Below are positions 37,666-51,100 of a stretch of 64,000 nucleotides of DNA, piece by piece; positions within the stretch are counted from its first letter, which is position 1, and each line of letters starts with the position of its first letter. The DNA is taken from the NCBI GenBank assembly GCA_950097015.1, contig CATNEN010000008.1, positions 2,542,001 to 2,606,000 on the forward strand, written 5' to 3'. The stretch comes from Macrostomum hystrix. Lineage: Eukaryota > Animalia > Platyhelminthes. The notes beneath the pieces are model-generated. The model saw only the letters and a program-made list of their open reading frames with translations. It was not told the origin of the DNA and did not search any database. Both the position numbers and the translations under genes were made by a program.

Positions 37666-38867
37666 TATCTTCACAAGTCCCTAGAAATATAAAAAACTAT
37701 AAACAAAGATGGTGAGCCACAAAAGCGAAATCTGCTTTCAGATGCTAGGAAAAGCTTTATCAATTGCACATGTTTTTATCATCCATATATGTATATTTAT
37801 GTTTAGTAATTTGTTAGAGACAACGCGAACACAATGTAGTTTTATGTTCGTTCGATGTGACTTTCAGCTGGGTAGCTCATAGACATTTCGCGACTTATCG
37901 CCGAAAGCTGACGAACCAATCCGGGCTGATGTGGTCTGAAAATGTGTGTAATCGTATCGATAGAGACTTACTTCTCTACTTAAAGTAGAGTAGTTGAAAT
38001 AAGCGCTCTATTTAATAAACAGAGCCCTAAATAAAGTTAAGATAACTCATTCCTATCAGCTGCCTTCACTCGTGTGAGCACTGTGCGAACCGGCAAGGAG
38101 TGTAGAATTTCATGTGCAAACATATAAATATCTACTTTGAATTTAGATGCTAATAACTTAACTCATCGAGCTTCATTTCAATCTGAAAATTTCTCTTTGA
38201 AATGTGAGCCGATTGAAATTAAAAGCTGACGAACTCATTAAGCAATGAAAATAGTTTGCTAGCTTCAAGAGACAAAGAGAACCTGTATCAGGTGTGCTTA
38301 TATTCACCTTACTCATCCTATTAAGAAGAGAAGAGAACAAGCATATTGCCTGAACTTGATTTGGCAATAGACATATGTAAGGCGGCTGTAGAAACTAGGG
38401 TGGGTGTGGTGATCCCCACAGTCCATGGACTGAAAACTGCATGGGTTGGGTGTCATATCTATATTCTCACTATTAAATATTGATCAACAAACAGATAGAC
38501 CTCAGTTGTTGAAGACTGAATCAGTTAAGAATTACAGCTAGGCGACACTAAAAACACCTGCAAAACTCCGCGCAGTCCTTCACTAAGATAATGATTTGAG
38601 AGCGGCCAACTCACGGCCCGCTTATCAGCTCTGCTCCTTGGCCTTTCAATTAGTGACCGACCCCCAATCACGTACGTAGCAACAACGTTTTGCTGTTGTT
38701 AGATCGCTGAGCATTGGACTGATCCAAACGGCGGAGATGATAAGGCTGACGCTGATAACAAATTGGCTACAAATAAGGCCGCCCAGCTGAGCAGTTGATC
38801 GCTCCGCTCCGCTGACTCCCCTCATCAACTGTCGCCATTTCCAATCCGATTCTACCAAAGCCGCGCC

Positions 38868-39482
38868 ATGTCCGAGAGCAAGCCGAAGCTGTACTATTTC
38901 AACGCCCGCGGCCGTGCCGAACTCATTCGCCTGGCCCTCACAGCCGCAGATGTGGACTTCGAGGACATTCGGTTCACCCGCGAGGAGTGGCCAGAGAAGA
39001 AGAAGACTTCTCCAACTGGCGTGGCTCCCTGGCTGGAGACGCCGAAGGGCAACCTGGTGCAGAGCGGTGCCGTGGCCAGGTTGATTGCTAAGAAGCACGG
39101 CCTGTTTGGCGAGGGCGAGTGGGACTACTACCTGGTCGAACGCGCCCTGTCCCAGATTGACGACATCGGCTCGGAGCTGATGCGCCTGTACTTCGCCCCG
39201 GAGGACAAGAAGGCCGACCTCATCAAGGAGTTCCAGGCTGAGAAGGGCGCCAAGCTGATCGAGGTGCTGGTGAGGTTCCTGGAGGAGGGCGGCAGCGGCT
39301 TCTTCGCCAGCAAGTCCGTGACCATCGCCGACCTGGCCACGTTGAACATTGTGGACCAGCTGGCTCACCTGCCAGAGCTGCTGGCCAAGTTCCCCCAGCT
39401 TGAGGAGCACAAGAAGCGCGTGCTGGAAGCCAAGCCGAAGGTGGCCGAGTGGCTCAAGAACCGGCCCCAGACTCAGTTCTGA
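38868..39482 (+). CDS. Glutathione S-transferase, sigma-like class, single exon, 204 aa
   Basis: KLYYFNARGRAELIRL with the N-terminal catalytic Tyr, plus QSGAVAR and TIADL motifs. Very GC3-rich codons. AATAAA signals at about 39595-39661. Confidence 0.95.
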   Translation: MSESKPKLYYFNARGRAELIRLALTAADVDFEDIRFTREEWPEKKKTSPTGVAPWLETPKGNLVQSGAVARLIAKKHGLFGEGEWDYYLVERALSQIDDIGSELMRLYFAPEDKKADLIKEFQAEKGAKLIEVLVRFLEEGGSGFFASKSVTIADLATLNIVDQLAHLPELLAKFPQLEEHKKRVLEAKPKVAEWLKNRPQTQF

Positions 39483-39899
39483 GGCGACTGTAACCCGACT
39501 CTCCCGACTAGCCCGACGATTATCATAGAAGCCCCTTTATCCTGTTTATCCTGGCTATTATTTAATCCCAAAAGCCGCATGAGCTACATGTAGCAATAAA
39601 TCAATTCTAAATATAACTAAATATTGCGCGGATTGACTGTTTTTAACAATAAATCAATAAAGCTCTGAAATCAGTTTTTTTCAATAATTTTCTGTTTACT
39701 GTTTCGTTGTGCAGCCCATTGTTCCATGGGTGAACCTTATTTTAACTTCTCATCTGTTCGCGCCGTAACTGTTAGCAAAGTGACTGATAAGCCAGGGATT
39801 GTGACTGAGATTACCGCATCAAAAATACTTTCATATTTTTGGGATTATTACTGCATGGAATTACGATCCCCATGGGATTATCACGTTCTTTTGGATGAC

Positions 39900-41075
39900 C
39901 ACATTCTTGGGATGACCACATTGCTTAGGGTTATCGAGTTTCTTGGGATTACCGCATTCCTTGGGATTCTCACATTCCTTGGTAATATCGCATTCCTTGG
40001 GATTATCGCATTCCTTGGGATTATCGCATTCCTTGGGATCATCGCATTCCATGGGATTATCGCATTCCTTGGGATTATCACATTCCATGGGATTATCGCA
40101 TTCCATGGGATTATCGCATTCCATGGGATTATCGCATTCCTTGGGATTATCGCATTCCTTGGGATTATCGCATTCCTTGGGATTATCGCATTCCTTGGGT
40201 TATCACATTCCTTGGGATTATCACATTCCATGGGATTAACGCATTCCATGGGATTATCGCATTCCATGGGATTATCGCATTCCATGGGATTATCGCATTC
40301 CATGGGATTATCGCATTCCTTGGGATCATCGCATTCCATGGGATTATCGCATTCCTTGGGTTATCACATTCCTTGGGATTATCACATTCCATTGGATTAT
40401 CGCATTCCATGGGATTATCGCATTCCTTGGGTTATCACATTCCTTGGGATTATCACATTCCATGGGATTATCGCATTCCATGGGATTATCGCATTCCATG
40501 GGATTATCGCATTCCTTGGGATTATCGCATTCCTTGGGATTATCGCATTCCTTGGGATTATCGCATTCCTTGGGTTATCACATTCCTTGGGATTATCACA
40601 TTCCATGGGATTAACGCATTCCATGGGATTATCGCATTCCATGGGATTATCGCATTCCATGGGATTATCGCATTCCATGGGATTATCGCATTCCTTGGGA
40701 TCATCGCATTCCATGGGATTATCGCATTCCTTGGGTTATCACATTCCTTGGGATTATCACATTCCATTGGATTATCGCATTCCATGGGATTATCGCATTC
40801 CTTGGGTTATCACATTCCTTGGGATTATCACATTCCATGGGATTATCGCATTCCATGGGATTATCGCATTCCATGGGATTATCGCATTCCTTGGGATTAT
40901 CGCATTCCTTGGGATTATCGCATTCCATGGGATTATCGCATTCCATGGGATTATCGCATTCCATGGGATTATCGCATTCCTTGGGATTATCGCATTCCTT
41001 GGGATTATCGCATTCCTTGGGATTATTGAGTTTCTTGGGATTATCGCATTCCTTGGGATTATCACATTCCTTGGG
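39900..41075. repeat. Minisatellite, 18-bp unit GGGATTATCGCATTCCWT with higher-order blocks
   Basis: About 63 copies. Confidence 0.96.
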
Positions 41076-41421
41076 TAAGTAATTTTCCTTATGATTATCA
41101 CCTACTCCGGGATTATCACTATACTGTAGGAGTTTCATATTCCATGGAATTATCTAATTGTCATTGTTGACCCTTCGCAGGATTATCAAGCTCCGTGAAT
41201 TAAAACCTTAAAAGAGATTACCGTTAGAGATCTCACTTCCAAGCCAAGTATCAGTTTTAGGCTTACGTTTTAATTAGAGATTTTCTATCAAATTAGTTCA
41301 ATTCATCGTATATCAGCCAGGTGAATTTCATTCTCGATCTTGAAGTTTTTGTTCCAAAGAGGTACTTTCTGTGAACAGTTCTGTTTGAAGTCCCGCTGAC
41401 GCAAACCTACCCCAGTGCGGG

Positions 41422-42359
41422 TCACAACTGCTGACTTGTCAAATAGTAGGTCTCTGAAGCTAGATCTCAGCCGTGCTCAACTTTCTTTACCGCCCACGTG
41501 CTTAATGAATGGGTTTTGAGATCGGAAAGCTTTTGCTCAGCGGAATATCAAAGGTTGCTTCGCTTTTGATACGCTACAACATAAACTACTCTTAGCCCTT
41601 TGAATGGGACAATTGTGTTTCCTCGACAACGTACTGTTCTTTTACAGAATGCGTGTTATTGAATTATTTATGTAAGAATACTGAAGTTGATTCGAAACTC
41701 ACTCTGCTAGTCTCTGTCACTCACTCAGTCACTCCGCCAGTCTGTCACTCACTCAGTCACTCCGCCAGTCTGTCACTCACTCTCTCACTCCTCCAGTCTG
41801 TCACTCACTCCGCCAGTCTGTCACTAACTCCGCCAGTCTGTCACTCACCTCCGCCAGTCTGTCACTCACTCCGCCAGTCTGTCACTCAGTCACTCCGCCG
41901 GTCTGTCACTCACTCCGCCAGTCTGTCACTCACTCCGCCAGTCTGTCACTCACTCCGCCAGTCTGTCACTCACTCCGCCAGTCTGTCACTCACCTCCGCC
42001 AGTCTGGCACTCACCTCCGCCAGTCTGTCACTCACTCCTCCAGTCTGTCACTCACCTCCGCCAGTCTATCACTCACCTCCGCCATTCCGCTTTCGCCGCA
42101 GCCGCTCCGCTCTAGCCAGCAAGTCGAAAAGCTCCCGAATCTCGGCGTCATCTTCTAGACTGCCGCCGCCGCCGCCACTGCTGCCGCGGTAGTCAAGAAA
42201 GCCGACGTCCCGCCACTGACGTCTAGCTCGACTGCCACCCAAGGCGGCGAGGACGGTCTTTGTGACCGGTCCGTTTGCCTGCTGATGATGCGGCAGCGCT
42301 TCGGCTACTAGAAGCAGCAACAGCATGGAGGCCACAACAGGCAGGACTAGCTTTGCCAT
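41422..42359 (-). CDS. Secreted prohormone/neuropeptide-precursor-like small protein; second exon uncertain
   Basis: Exon 42359-42077 has a signal peptide (MAKLVLPVVASMLLLLLVAEA) and basic sites RARR and RRKR. Donor GGAG|GTGAGT. A candidate phase-1 exon 2 at 41453-41422 (ETYYLTSQQL*) is weak; unspliced, the ORF stops at 42069. Confidence 0.55.
41705..42082. repeat. Minisatellite, 20/21-bp unit ACTCA(C)CTCCGCCAGTCTGTC
   Basis: About 18 copies, contiguous with the prohormone exon donor site. Confidence 0.93.
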
Positions 42360-43069
42360 TGCGTCCGAATTTTTCCTATTGATTTATTTTCTTTCTTCTT
42401 AAATCGGAGCAAGATATTTTCAGTGTGGAGAAAGTGAAAACTAACGGCCAAATGCTTGCTTTTGAACTTGCCGACAAAGGCGTGAGGTGATGAAAATCCT
42501 GTCTGGGAGTTCTTAGATTGGACAGACGCTCAAAGATGGGAAAGATTTTTGATTGGCTGCAGGGGTTCAGCCTCGAGCCGTAGTTTGCTCACAAGTGTCA
42601 CGAGCATTGTGAGACAATGGCCATACCCAATACAAAAGAATACAACTTCGCTAACTGGTTATTAAATATTTTTGGTGCTTCAAACTTGAAGCTGGTCTGA
42701 ATTGGATCAGCTTCATTAATCTATTCAATGTTGTTTGAAACGCAGTTGCTAAACGGTACACATTTTCTTAGAAATGTGGATTCCTAATCTAGATTCAAGT
42801 TTGTTTGTGGATTGGTAATATATTAATTTTTTGTTAAAACTAGGATTGCTGAACTTACAAGTTTCCAAGAAATAAAGGATTGCCAATCTATTAGAGTTCC
42901 TCCTGTGTTAGAAATGCTGATTGCTAATCTATAAAAATTTCCGTGAAATTTTGATTGCTCATCTATTCGTTTTTTAAGAAATGCAGATTGTCAATCAATT
43001 TGATTTAGTTCGAAATGTAGACTGATAATCTATTCCATTTTACACGAAATTTGGACTGCGAATCTGTTT

Positions 43070-43645
43070 GATGTTTCCAAGAAATGTGGATTGCAAATCT
43101 ACTTGATGTTTCCAAGAAATGTGGATTGCTAATCTACTTGATGTTTCCAAGAAATGTGGATTGCTAATCTACTTGATGTTTCCAAGAAATGTAGATTGCT
43201 AATCTACTTGATGTTTCCAAGAAATGTGGATTGCTCATCTACTTGATGTTTCCAAGAAATGTGGATTGCTAATCTACTTGATGTTTCCAAGAAATGTGGA
43301 TTGCTCATCTACTTGATGTTTCCAAGAAATGTGGATTGCTCATCTACTTGATGTTTCCAAGAAATGTGGATTGCTCATCTACTTGATGTTTCCAAGAAAT
43401 GTGGATTGCTCATCTACTTGATGTTTCCAAGAAATGTGGATTGCTCATCTACTTGATGTTTCCTAGAAATGTGGATTGCTAATCTACTTGATGTTTCCTA
43501 GAAATGTGGATTGCTAATCTACTTGATGTTTCCTAGAAATGTGGATTGCTAATCTACTTGATGTTTCCTAGAAATGTGGATTGCTAATCTACTTGATGTT
43601 TCCTAGAAATGTGGATTGCTCATCTACTCGATGTTTCCTAGAAAC
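43070..43645. repeat. Minisatellite, 35-bp unit TTCCWAGAAATGTGGATTGCTMATCTACTTGATGT
   Basis: About 16 copies, with degenerate copies in the flanks (42770-43900). Confidence 0.95.
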
Positions 43646-44519
43646 GTGTAACACTAATCAGTTCGACTTTCTTAGGAAATTTACCGGTAGATTGCTAAAT
43701 CTATTAGTTTTTTAATTGGGTTGCTAATTTATTTGATTACTTTTAGAAATATGGACTGTAAATCTGTAAAACTTTCCTAGAAATTAGGATTGCTAATCTA
43801 TTAGAGTTCTGTTAGAAGTGTGGATTGCTAATATATTAAAAGTTCCTAGAAAAGTGGATTGCTAATCTATTCGATTTTCAAAGAAATGCGGATTGCGAAT
43901 CAATTATATTTCTTTTACAAATGCGCAGCGCTAATCCCAAAAAATATTTTAAAGTTTATTGCTAACTAAAAATGCTTACTTTTTTAGAAACTAGAATTGG
44001 TAATGATTACACTAGGAAAAATGAATAACTAATGTAGCTCGTAGAATAAAAAACAGGAAAAACTTTGAACAAAAATGACAGACAAAAGCTGTTTACAAAT
44101 CTAATAATTTAATTGTCCTCGCGAGGAAAACAGGACCTGGGTTTCCAGAGCAACAACCTAAATTTGGTAAGCAGAGATAAGCGAAATGGGATTATCGTGG
44201 GCGCCTGAATAAATTTTCTAGCGAAATGCCAACCGAGATAATCCGACCCATTAAAGGACGGATAAAGCCTTAGTCAATATTTTGAATGTGTGCTCAATGC
44301 ATAACTTTATTAAACATGTATTATACATAGATAATTGTGCAGTAGATAATAATTTAGACACACCAAATTGTGAGATATTTTGTGAGATATTGTGCCGTAT
44401 TTTGTATTCAAAACTCAATTCTGCTACTGCAATACTTTTGCGGTTGCAGCAAAACTTTCAGTGATGAATTGGAAAGAAATTTATTAGAGCCATTTTGCAA
44501 AAATTTCCGCAAGGTAAGA

Positions 44520-45235
44520 GGAGAGGCAGACAGAGAGAGGTGAGTGGGGAGAGGGAAGACAGAGGGGAGACAGAGGGGATACAGAGGGGAGACAGAGGAG
44601 AGACAGAGGGGAGACAGAGGGGAGACAGAGGGGAGACAGAGGGGAGACAGAGGGAAGACAGAGGGGAGACAGAGGGGAGACAGAGGGGATACAGAGGGGA
44701 GACAGAGGGATACAGAGGAGAGACAGAGCGGATACAGAGGGGATACAGAGGGGAGACAGAGGGGAGACAGAAGGGGAGATAGAGGGGAGACAGAGGGGAG
44801 ACAGAGGGGAGACAGAGGGGACACAGAGGGGAGACAGAGGGGAGACAGAGGGGAGACAGAGGGGAGACAGAGGGAAGACAGAGGGGAGACAGAGGGGAGA
44901 CAGAGGGGATACAGAGGGGAGACAGAGGGATACAGAGGAGAGACAGAGCGGATACAGAGGGGAGACAGAGGGGAGACAGAGGGGATACAGAGGGGAGACA
45001 GAGGGATACAGAGGAGAGACAGAGCGGATACAGAGGGGATACAGAGGGGAGACAGAGGGGAGACAGAAGGGGAGATAGAGGGGAGACAGAGGGGAGACAG
45101 AGGGGAGACAGAGGGGACACAGAGGGGAGACAGAGGGTAGACAGAGGGTAGACAGAGGGGATACAGAGAGGAGACAGAGGGGAGACAGAGGGTAGACAGA
45201 GGGGAGACAGAGGGGATACAGAGGGGAGATACAAG
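44520..45235. repeat. Purine-rich minisatellite, about 11-bp unit GAGACAGAGGG
   Basis: Tandem array with internal block duplications. Confidence 0.95.
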
Positions 45236-46679
45236 AGATCACTAAAGCACTAAAAGCAAAACAGACAGCCCAATCTACTTAGCATAATTGAACTTAAACA
45301 AAAAAATCATAGAAATCAATCAAAGTTAGGGAAGAGCTGAAGACACGGCTTTCATTAGGTGCTTTAGGCGAGGCTACACAATGTAATTATCGTATTTATC
45401 TTGCTATAGATGCTTCTATATAAATAAGTATGTGTATATATTAACGAATAAAAATTTAACGATTAAAGCACAAGTTAAATAAAGAGGTTCGCATTACAAA
45501 GACAATAAATTAACGAGTGGATAAAGTGCGCGTCACCGAAGCAGCATGTCAAACTCAAGCCTGCAGAGCGACCACACATAAAATGCTGGTTTGCTTAAAG
45601 AAAGTTTACTTTGAAAATCAACACCGCAGCAGGGAACAGGGAATCGCGTTGTTAAGCAGAGGTGGTATTTTTAGAATCAACAGCTATTTTTTCCCACTTT
45701 CCCCACTTTTCCTGTTCGGTAGAAAATATTTTTTCAGGACAAAAAAGGATGGACGAAGACAATTTTTAAGCATTCTATAAACACAGTTGAGCTCGAGCAG
45801 GCTTGAGTTGACGGACAGGTGGGTTGGTGGATTTGGGATTTAGACCCTGGCGCATTACAAGTTATACAGATGGCGCGTGTTGTGAAAATTGCGAAAAGAC
45901 ACTGTCTTAGATGAGTGCTGTCACACTGCAGTCACAGCCGGGTGTCAAATGATAGCCTGTCAATCAAACTTGGTTCCATGAATTGTGTCATGAAATATCG
46001 ATCTATCTATGATCAGCATTTTTTCTAACGCATTGAATGATGCCGCACTACTTGTGTATCAAGAAGGCCGAATAAGAATATAATACAATTATAAATAGTA
46101 ATATTAAATAAAATAATAGCAGAAAGCATGAACAACACGAGCTCCCAAATCTGGAAAGCTGTTGCTAGGCAAAGATCCGTGAATGTCAGCCGTGTTAGTG
46201 TCAGTAATTTGCGCATTGCTGGCCTAGGGCTCTTCTTAAAAAACCAAGAAGATTAATTAAAAAGATAAAAAACACCCAGCAAGGAGATACTGTTTGTTTT
46301 GTTTGCTTTTTTAAAATTACTTTCAGGAGAAAGAGAAATAGAGAGAGAGACAGTAAACAGTAAAGGTCGACACTAAACAACAGAAAGTTTATTAAGGCTT
46401 AATAGGCTAATATTTACGTTTTTACCTTTTTGTGCGTGAATTCCGATCAATTGACTGCTACTATTTTGCACTATTAATAGGTGCATTAACTACTCAAACC
46501 ACGATCGTACAGTTTCTGTTTAAAAACCACTTGGCGCCAGTTCAAATCGCTCCAAGGCCCGCCGAATGCCGTCGCGAAGCTCGGGAGTTTCCCAGTGAGC
46601 GCCGCTGTCGTAGGCAGCCAGCTTGTTTAGCACCGAGTACAGCCGCAGGATTCTGGTCAGCGCTGGAACGACAACAGAA

Positions 46680-47220
46680 GTGGGTGTTGGAGAGAGGTGG
46701 GTGCTTGGATGGGGAGGGTCTTGGAGTGAGGTCGCTCTTGGAGGGGGGTGGATGTGGAGGGTGGATGTGGGAGTGAGGTGGGTGCTAGGGTGGGGGGGTC
46801 TTGGAGTGAGGTGGGTGCTGGAGTGAGGTGGGTGGGATGGGGAGGGTGGATGTGGGAGTGAGGTGGGTGCTGGAGTGAGGTGGGTGGGATGGGGAGGGTC
46901 TTGTAGTGAGGTCGCTCTTGGAGTGGGGTGGATGTGGAGGGTGGATGTGGGAGTGAGGTGGGTGCTAGGGTGGGGAGGGTCTTGGAGTGAGGTGGGTGCT
47001 GGATTGAGGTGGGTGCTGGAGTGAGGTGGGTGCTGGAGTGAGGTGGGTGCTGGAGTGAGGTGGGTGCTGGAGTGAGGTGGGTGCTGGAGTGAGGTGGGTG
47101 CTGGAGTGAGGTGGGTGCTGGAGTGAGGTGGGTGCTGGGATGGGGAGGGTCTTGGAGTGAGGTCGCTCTTGAAGTGGGGTAAATGTGGGAATGAGGTTGG
47201 TGTTGGTGTGAGGTGGGAGT
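46680..47220. repeat. G-rich minisatellite, 17-bp core GGAGTGAGGTGGGTGCT
   Basis: Tandem or compound array. Confidence 0.9.
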
Positions 47221-48156
47221 TTAAGTGTAGTTAGGTGTTAAAGTGAGTCGCTGCTTCAGCGTGGATCGTGAATCTACGAGCGTATGGCCTTATTATGAAG
47301 GGCGTAAACGAAACAATTTGATGCTTGCTGTTTGGCTTCTTACAAAAATACAATACAATTTCTTTTTCGGTCTAAGCATGCTCTTCAGGACAGAGTATTT
47401 CACTAAATTATGTTCTCTATAATTATTTCCTGCCTAATTTTCCAGTTGACAAAGAAAAGGAAATAATCCAGGGAAGTCTCTCGGCCTGGCCGCCCTGCAG
47501 AGAGGCTGATTTCAATTCTTGCCCGCCTCATCCACCCAGCAGGCCCCGCCCAGCTGCCCATCGCTCGCAGGCTGCTAGAAGTTACAAAAGCAACTCAGAA
47601 AAACCGGAGCTGGAAAAAAACACTCGATGGGAGTTTTCCCGCTCTTGCCAAATTACAATTTTCCCTTTTCCCACCGGCAACATATAGCGCCGGCGCCACA
47701 GAGGACGGCCCTGGTAATGCTATGAGACACGGCGGACTGGACTGCGATTCAAGATTGATGAGATGGAGCAAGCTGTCACCGTTGGCGAGCTGTTTGGCGG
47801 ATCATTTGTCAGAATCAGGCGGGTTTATCTTTACAGTGCAAGGCGTTTTCTGTTAGCTTTGAAACACTTTGAATTTATTGTTTCCATTAGTAGATAGAAG
47901 TAAAAAGTGACGTATATTCGAGTGTGCACACATCAAATGTACATTAGTATGTGTACACAAGATATGTACATTCGGAGGTGTTCGTACGAATTTGGGTGCA
48001 CGCAAATTCCTCGGTTTGGGTCCGGGGTGGGTGTGGGTGGGGAGTCACCCCGGCCAATCCGGAGCGAGGGCGGTAGAGAAAGCTACTTTCCTACCACTGA
48101 TAAGTACATTTGGGCACATGTACATTAGAGAAGTACACATGAAGTCGCGGCCTTAC

Positions 48157-51100
48157 CGGACAGCCTTACGGCGGCATTCAGTTCCGGCTCCAGCAGCAGC
48201 CGATCGCCAGTTAAGCCGCTCCTTCGCATCTCCTCAGAGCGCAGGTAGCACCAGAACAGGCCAATTATGGACATGTGTACACTGGCCACGGAGTCCGCGT
48301 CCTCGAATGTCGCCACAGGATCCTGAATGCCTAGGACTGCAAATATTAGTAAAGGATTTCTTATCGGCCTATCATAGATGCAAATATAAATGAGCACTGC
48401 TTGCTTACATGGCGAGGTGAGGCAGAGGGCCGACATAAAGGCCAGCTCCGCCTCCGTAATCTGAAGCGAATCCCATTCCACCGACAAGTCCTCGAGAAGG
48501 CCAAGGAACAGGTGGCGAAGTAGCGGGTGGCTGGAGTACTGCAGGAAGCTTCTGGAAATCATATGGATTTACTAATGTTATTTAATGCTGTCAGTCATGA
48601 ATCCAGATGCTCTGATGAGATTTCAAAGGGTAAGCTGATCTTTTATGCATCTGTCCACTCTCATGTACCATGAGCGTAAATAATCGATTAAACTTTATCT
48701 ACACTCCTAACAGCCAATGAGCGTAAATAATCTATTTAATTTTATCTACACTCGCAGCAGCCAATGAGCGTCAAGTATCGTTTAAAATCTGTCAACAGTT
48801 TAAGCAGCGAGAGAGCGTTGAGTATCGATAAAAAATCTCTAACCTCTAAATAACCGATGAGCGTTAAGATTAAACTTTATCTACACTCCTAACAGCCAAT
48901 GAGCGTCAAGAATCGATAAATTTTATCTACACTCGCAGCAGCCAATAAGCGTTGAGTATCGATAAAAAATCTCTAACCTCTAAATAACCGATGAGCGTTA
49001 AGATTAAACTTTATCTACACTCCTAACAGCCAATGAGCGTCAAGAATCGATAAATTTTATCTACACTCGCAGCAGCCAATAAGCGTTGAGTATCGATAAA
49101 AAATCTCTAACCTCTAAATAACCAATGAGCGTTAAGATTAAATTTTATCTACACCCCAAACAGCCAATGGGCGTCAAGTATCGATCCAAAACTGCCAACC
49201 AATCAGCGAACCTTGTTAGCCTGTAGGAGCCGCAGGGATCGACCACGCAGTCGTCGGGCCGCCTGACCAGGGAGGCGCAGCAGTGCAGGGCGATGACCCG
49301 CGGGCTGTGCCGCGCCATCAGCTGGCGCTTGTCAGGTAGAGTCAGCGCCTCGGCGCAGCTAACAGTCGCCGAGTCATCCTCCGATCCGCCAGACGTTGGT
49401 GCGTCCGACGGCCTGCCGAAGATGCAGGAGCCAAAGGCGAGGACCCGAGCGACCAATCGCGGCATGATGGCGGCCAGACTAGACAAAATCTCGGGCTCCT
49501 GGTACCACTGCGGCTCGTGCAGTTGCTGAGTGAGCGACGGGATTGCGGTAAGCATTGAGATTTATAGCTTTTTTATTGCAAAGGTAAAAAAAAATTTTTG
49601 CATTCTAAAACTTAGCTTCTCTATACATACTACTTAATAAGTAGGACCAGTAACAAGTAATAGAAGTCTGCTTTTGAAATCGTCAATTTGTTCCAAAATT
49701 CTAAAATTCTACACTCAATGTCAAATGACAGTCGGAAATTCCAATTGGGCTTTGGAAGCTCAGGTAGATGCCTAGATACCAAATAGTCGACTAAAATTAT
49801 TTGCGCCTCAGTAACAAAGACAATACAATCTCAAAAATAGATTTCTGATTTGAAAATCACAGCCATCAGATTTGAATTAGCACACAGATCTGCCTGCTCG
49901 AGCGAAGCAGAGAGTAACGCTTGAGCGAATATTTCAAAATATTAAACCGGTCTCACAATCACAGTCTGGTACAGGACTGGAAAACTGAAATCTACGAGTA
50001 TAAGCTTAATTCCAGCCTAGGGGCAATTACAGAGACACAAGAGCGCAAATGAAACTCAACAGACGAGTAATGCGAAAAGCAGAACTATCCACACTTAAAG
50101 AGACTAGCAATCCATTCTGTTCCTTCACCCATGGGATAGACTAGCAATCCATTCTGTTCCTTCACTGATGGGATAGACTAGCAATCCATTCTGTTCCTTC
50201 ACCCATGGGATAGACTAGCAATCCATTCTGTTCCTTCACCCAAGGGATAGACTAGCAATCCATTCTGTTCCTTCACCCATGGGATAGACTAGCAATCCAT
50301 TCTGTTCCTTCACCCAAGGGATAGACTAGCAATCCATTCTGTTTCTTCACCCATTGGATAGACTAGCAATCCTTTCTGTTTCTTCACCCATGGGATAGAC
50401 TAGCAATCCATTCTGTTCCTTCACCCAAGGGATAGACTAGCAATCCATTCTGTTTCTTCACCCAAGGGATAGACTAGCAATCCATTCTGTTCCTTCACCC
50501 ATGGGATAGACTAGCAATCCATTCTGTTCCTTCACCCAAGGGATAGACTAGCAATCCATTCTGTTCCTTCACCCAAGGGATAGACTAGCAATCCATTCTG
50601 TTCCTTCAGCCAAGAGATAGACTAGCAATCCATTCTGTTCCTTCACCCATGGGATAGACTAGCAATCCATTCTGTTCCTTCACCCATGGGATAGACTAGC
50701 AATCCATTCTGTTCCTTCACCCATGGGATAGACTAGCAATCCATTCTGTTCCTTCAGCCAAGAGATAGACTAGCAATCCATTCTGTTCCTTCACCCATGG
50801 GATAGACTAGCAATCCATTCTGTTCCTTCACTGATGGGATAGACTAGCAATCCATTCTGTTCCTTCACCCATGGGATAGACTAGCAATCCATTCTGTTCC
50901 TTCACCCAAGGGATAGACTAGCAATCCATTCTGTTCCTTCACCCATGGGATAGACTAGCAATCCATTCTGTTTCTTGACCCATGGGATAGACTAGCAATC
51001 CATTCTGTTTCTTGACCCATGGGATAGACTAGCAATCCATTCTGTTTCTTGACCCATGGGATAGACTAGCAATCCATTCTGTTCCTTCACCCATGGGATA

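Noticed and set aside
38646-39410. 254-aa antisense ORF opposite the GST
   Set aside because: Shadow ORF expected from strong GC3 codon bias on the sense strand.
39726-41138. 450-aa hydrophobic ORF (GIIAFL repeats)
   Set aside because: 18-bp minisatellite translation.
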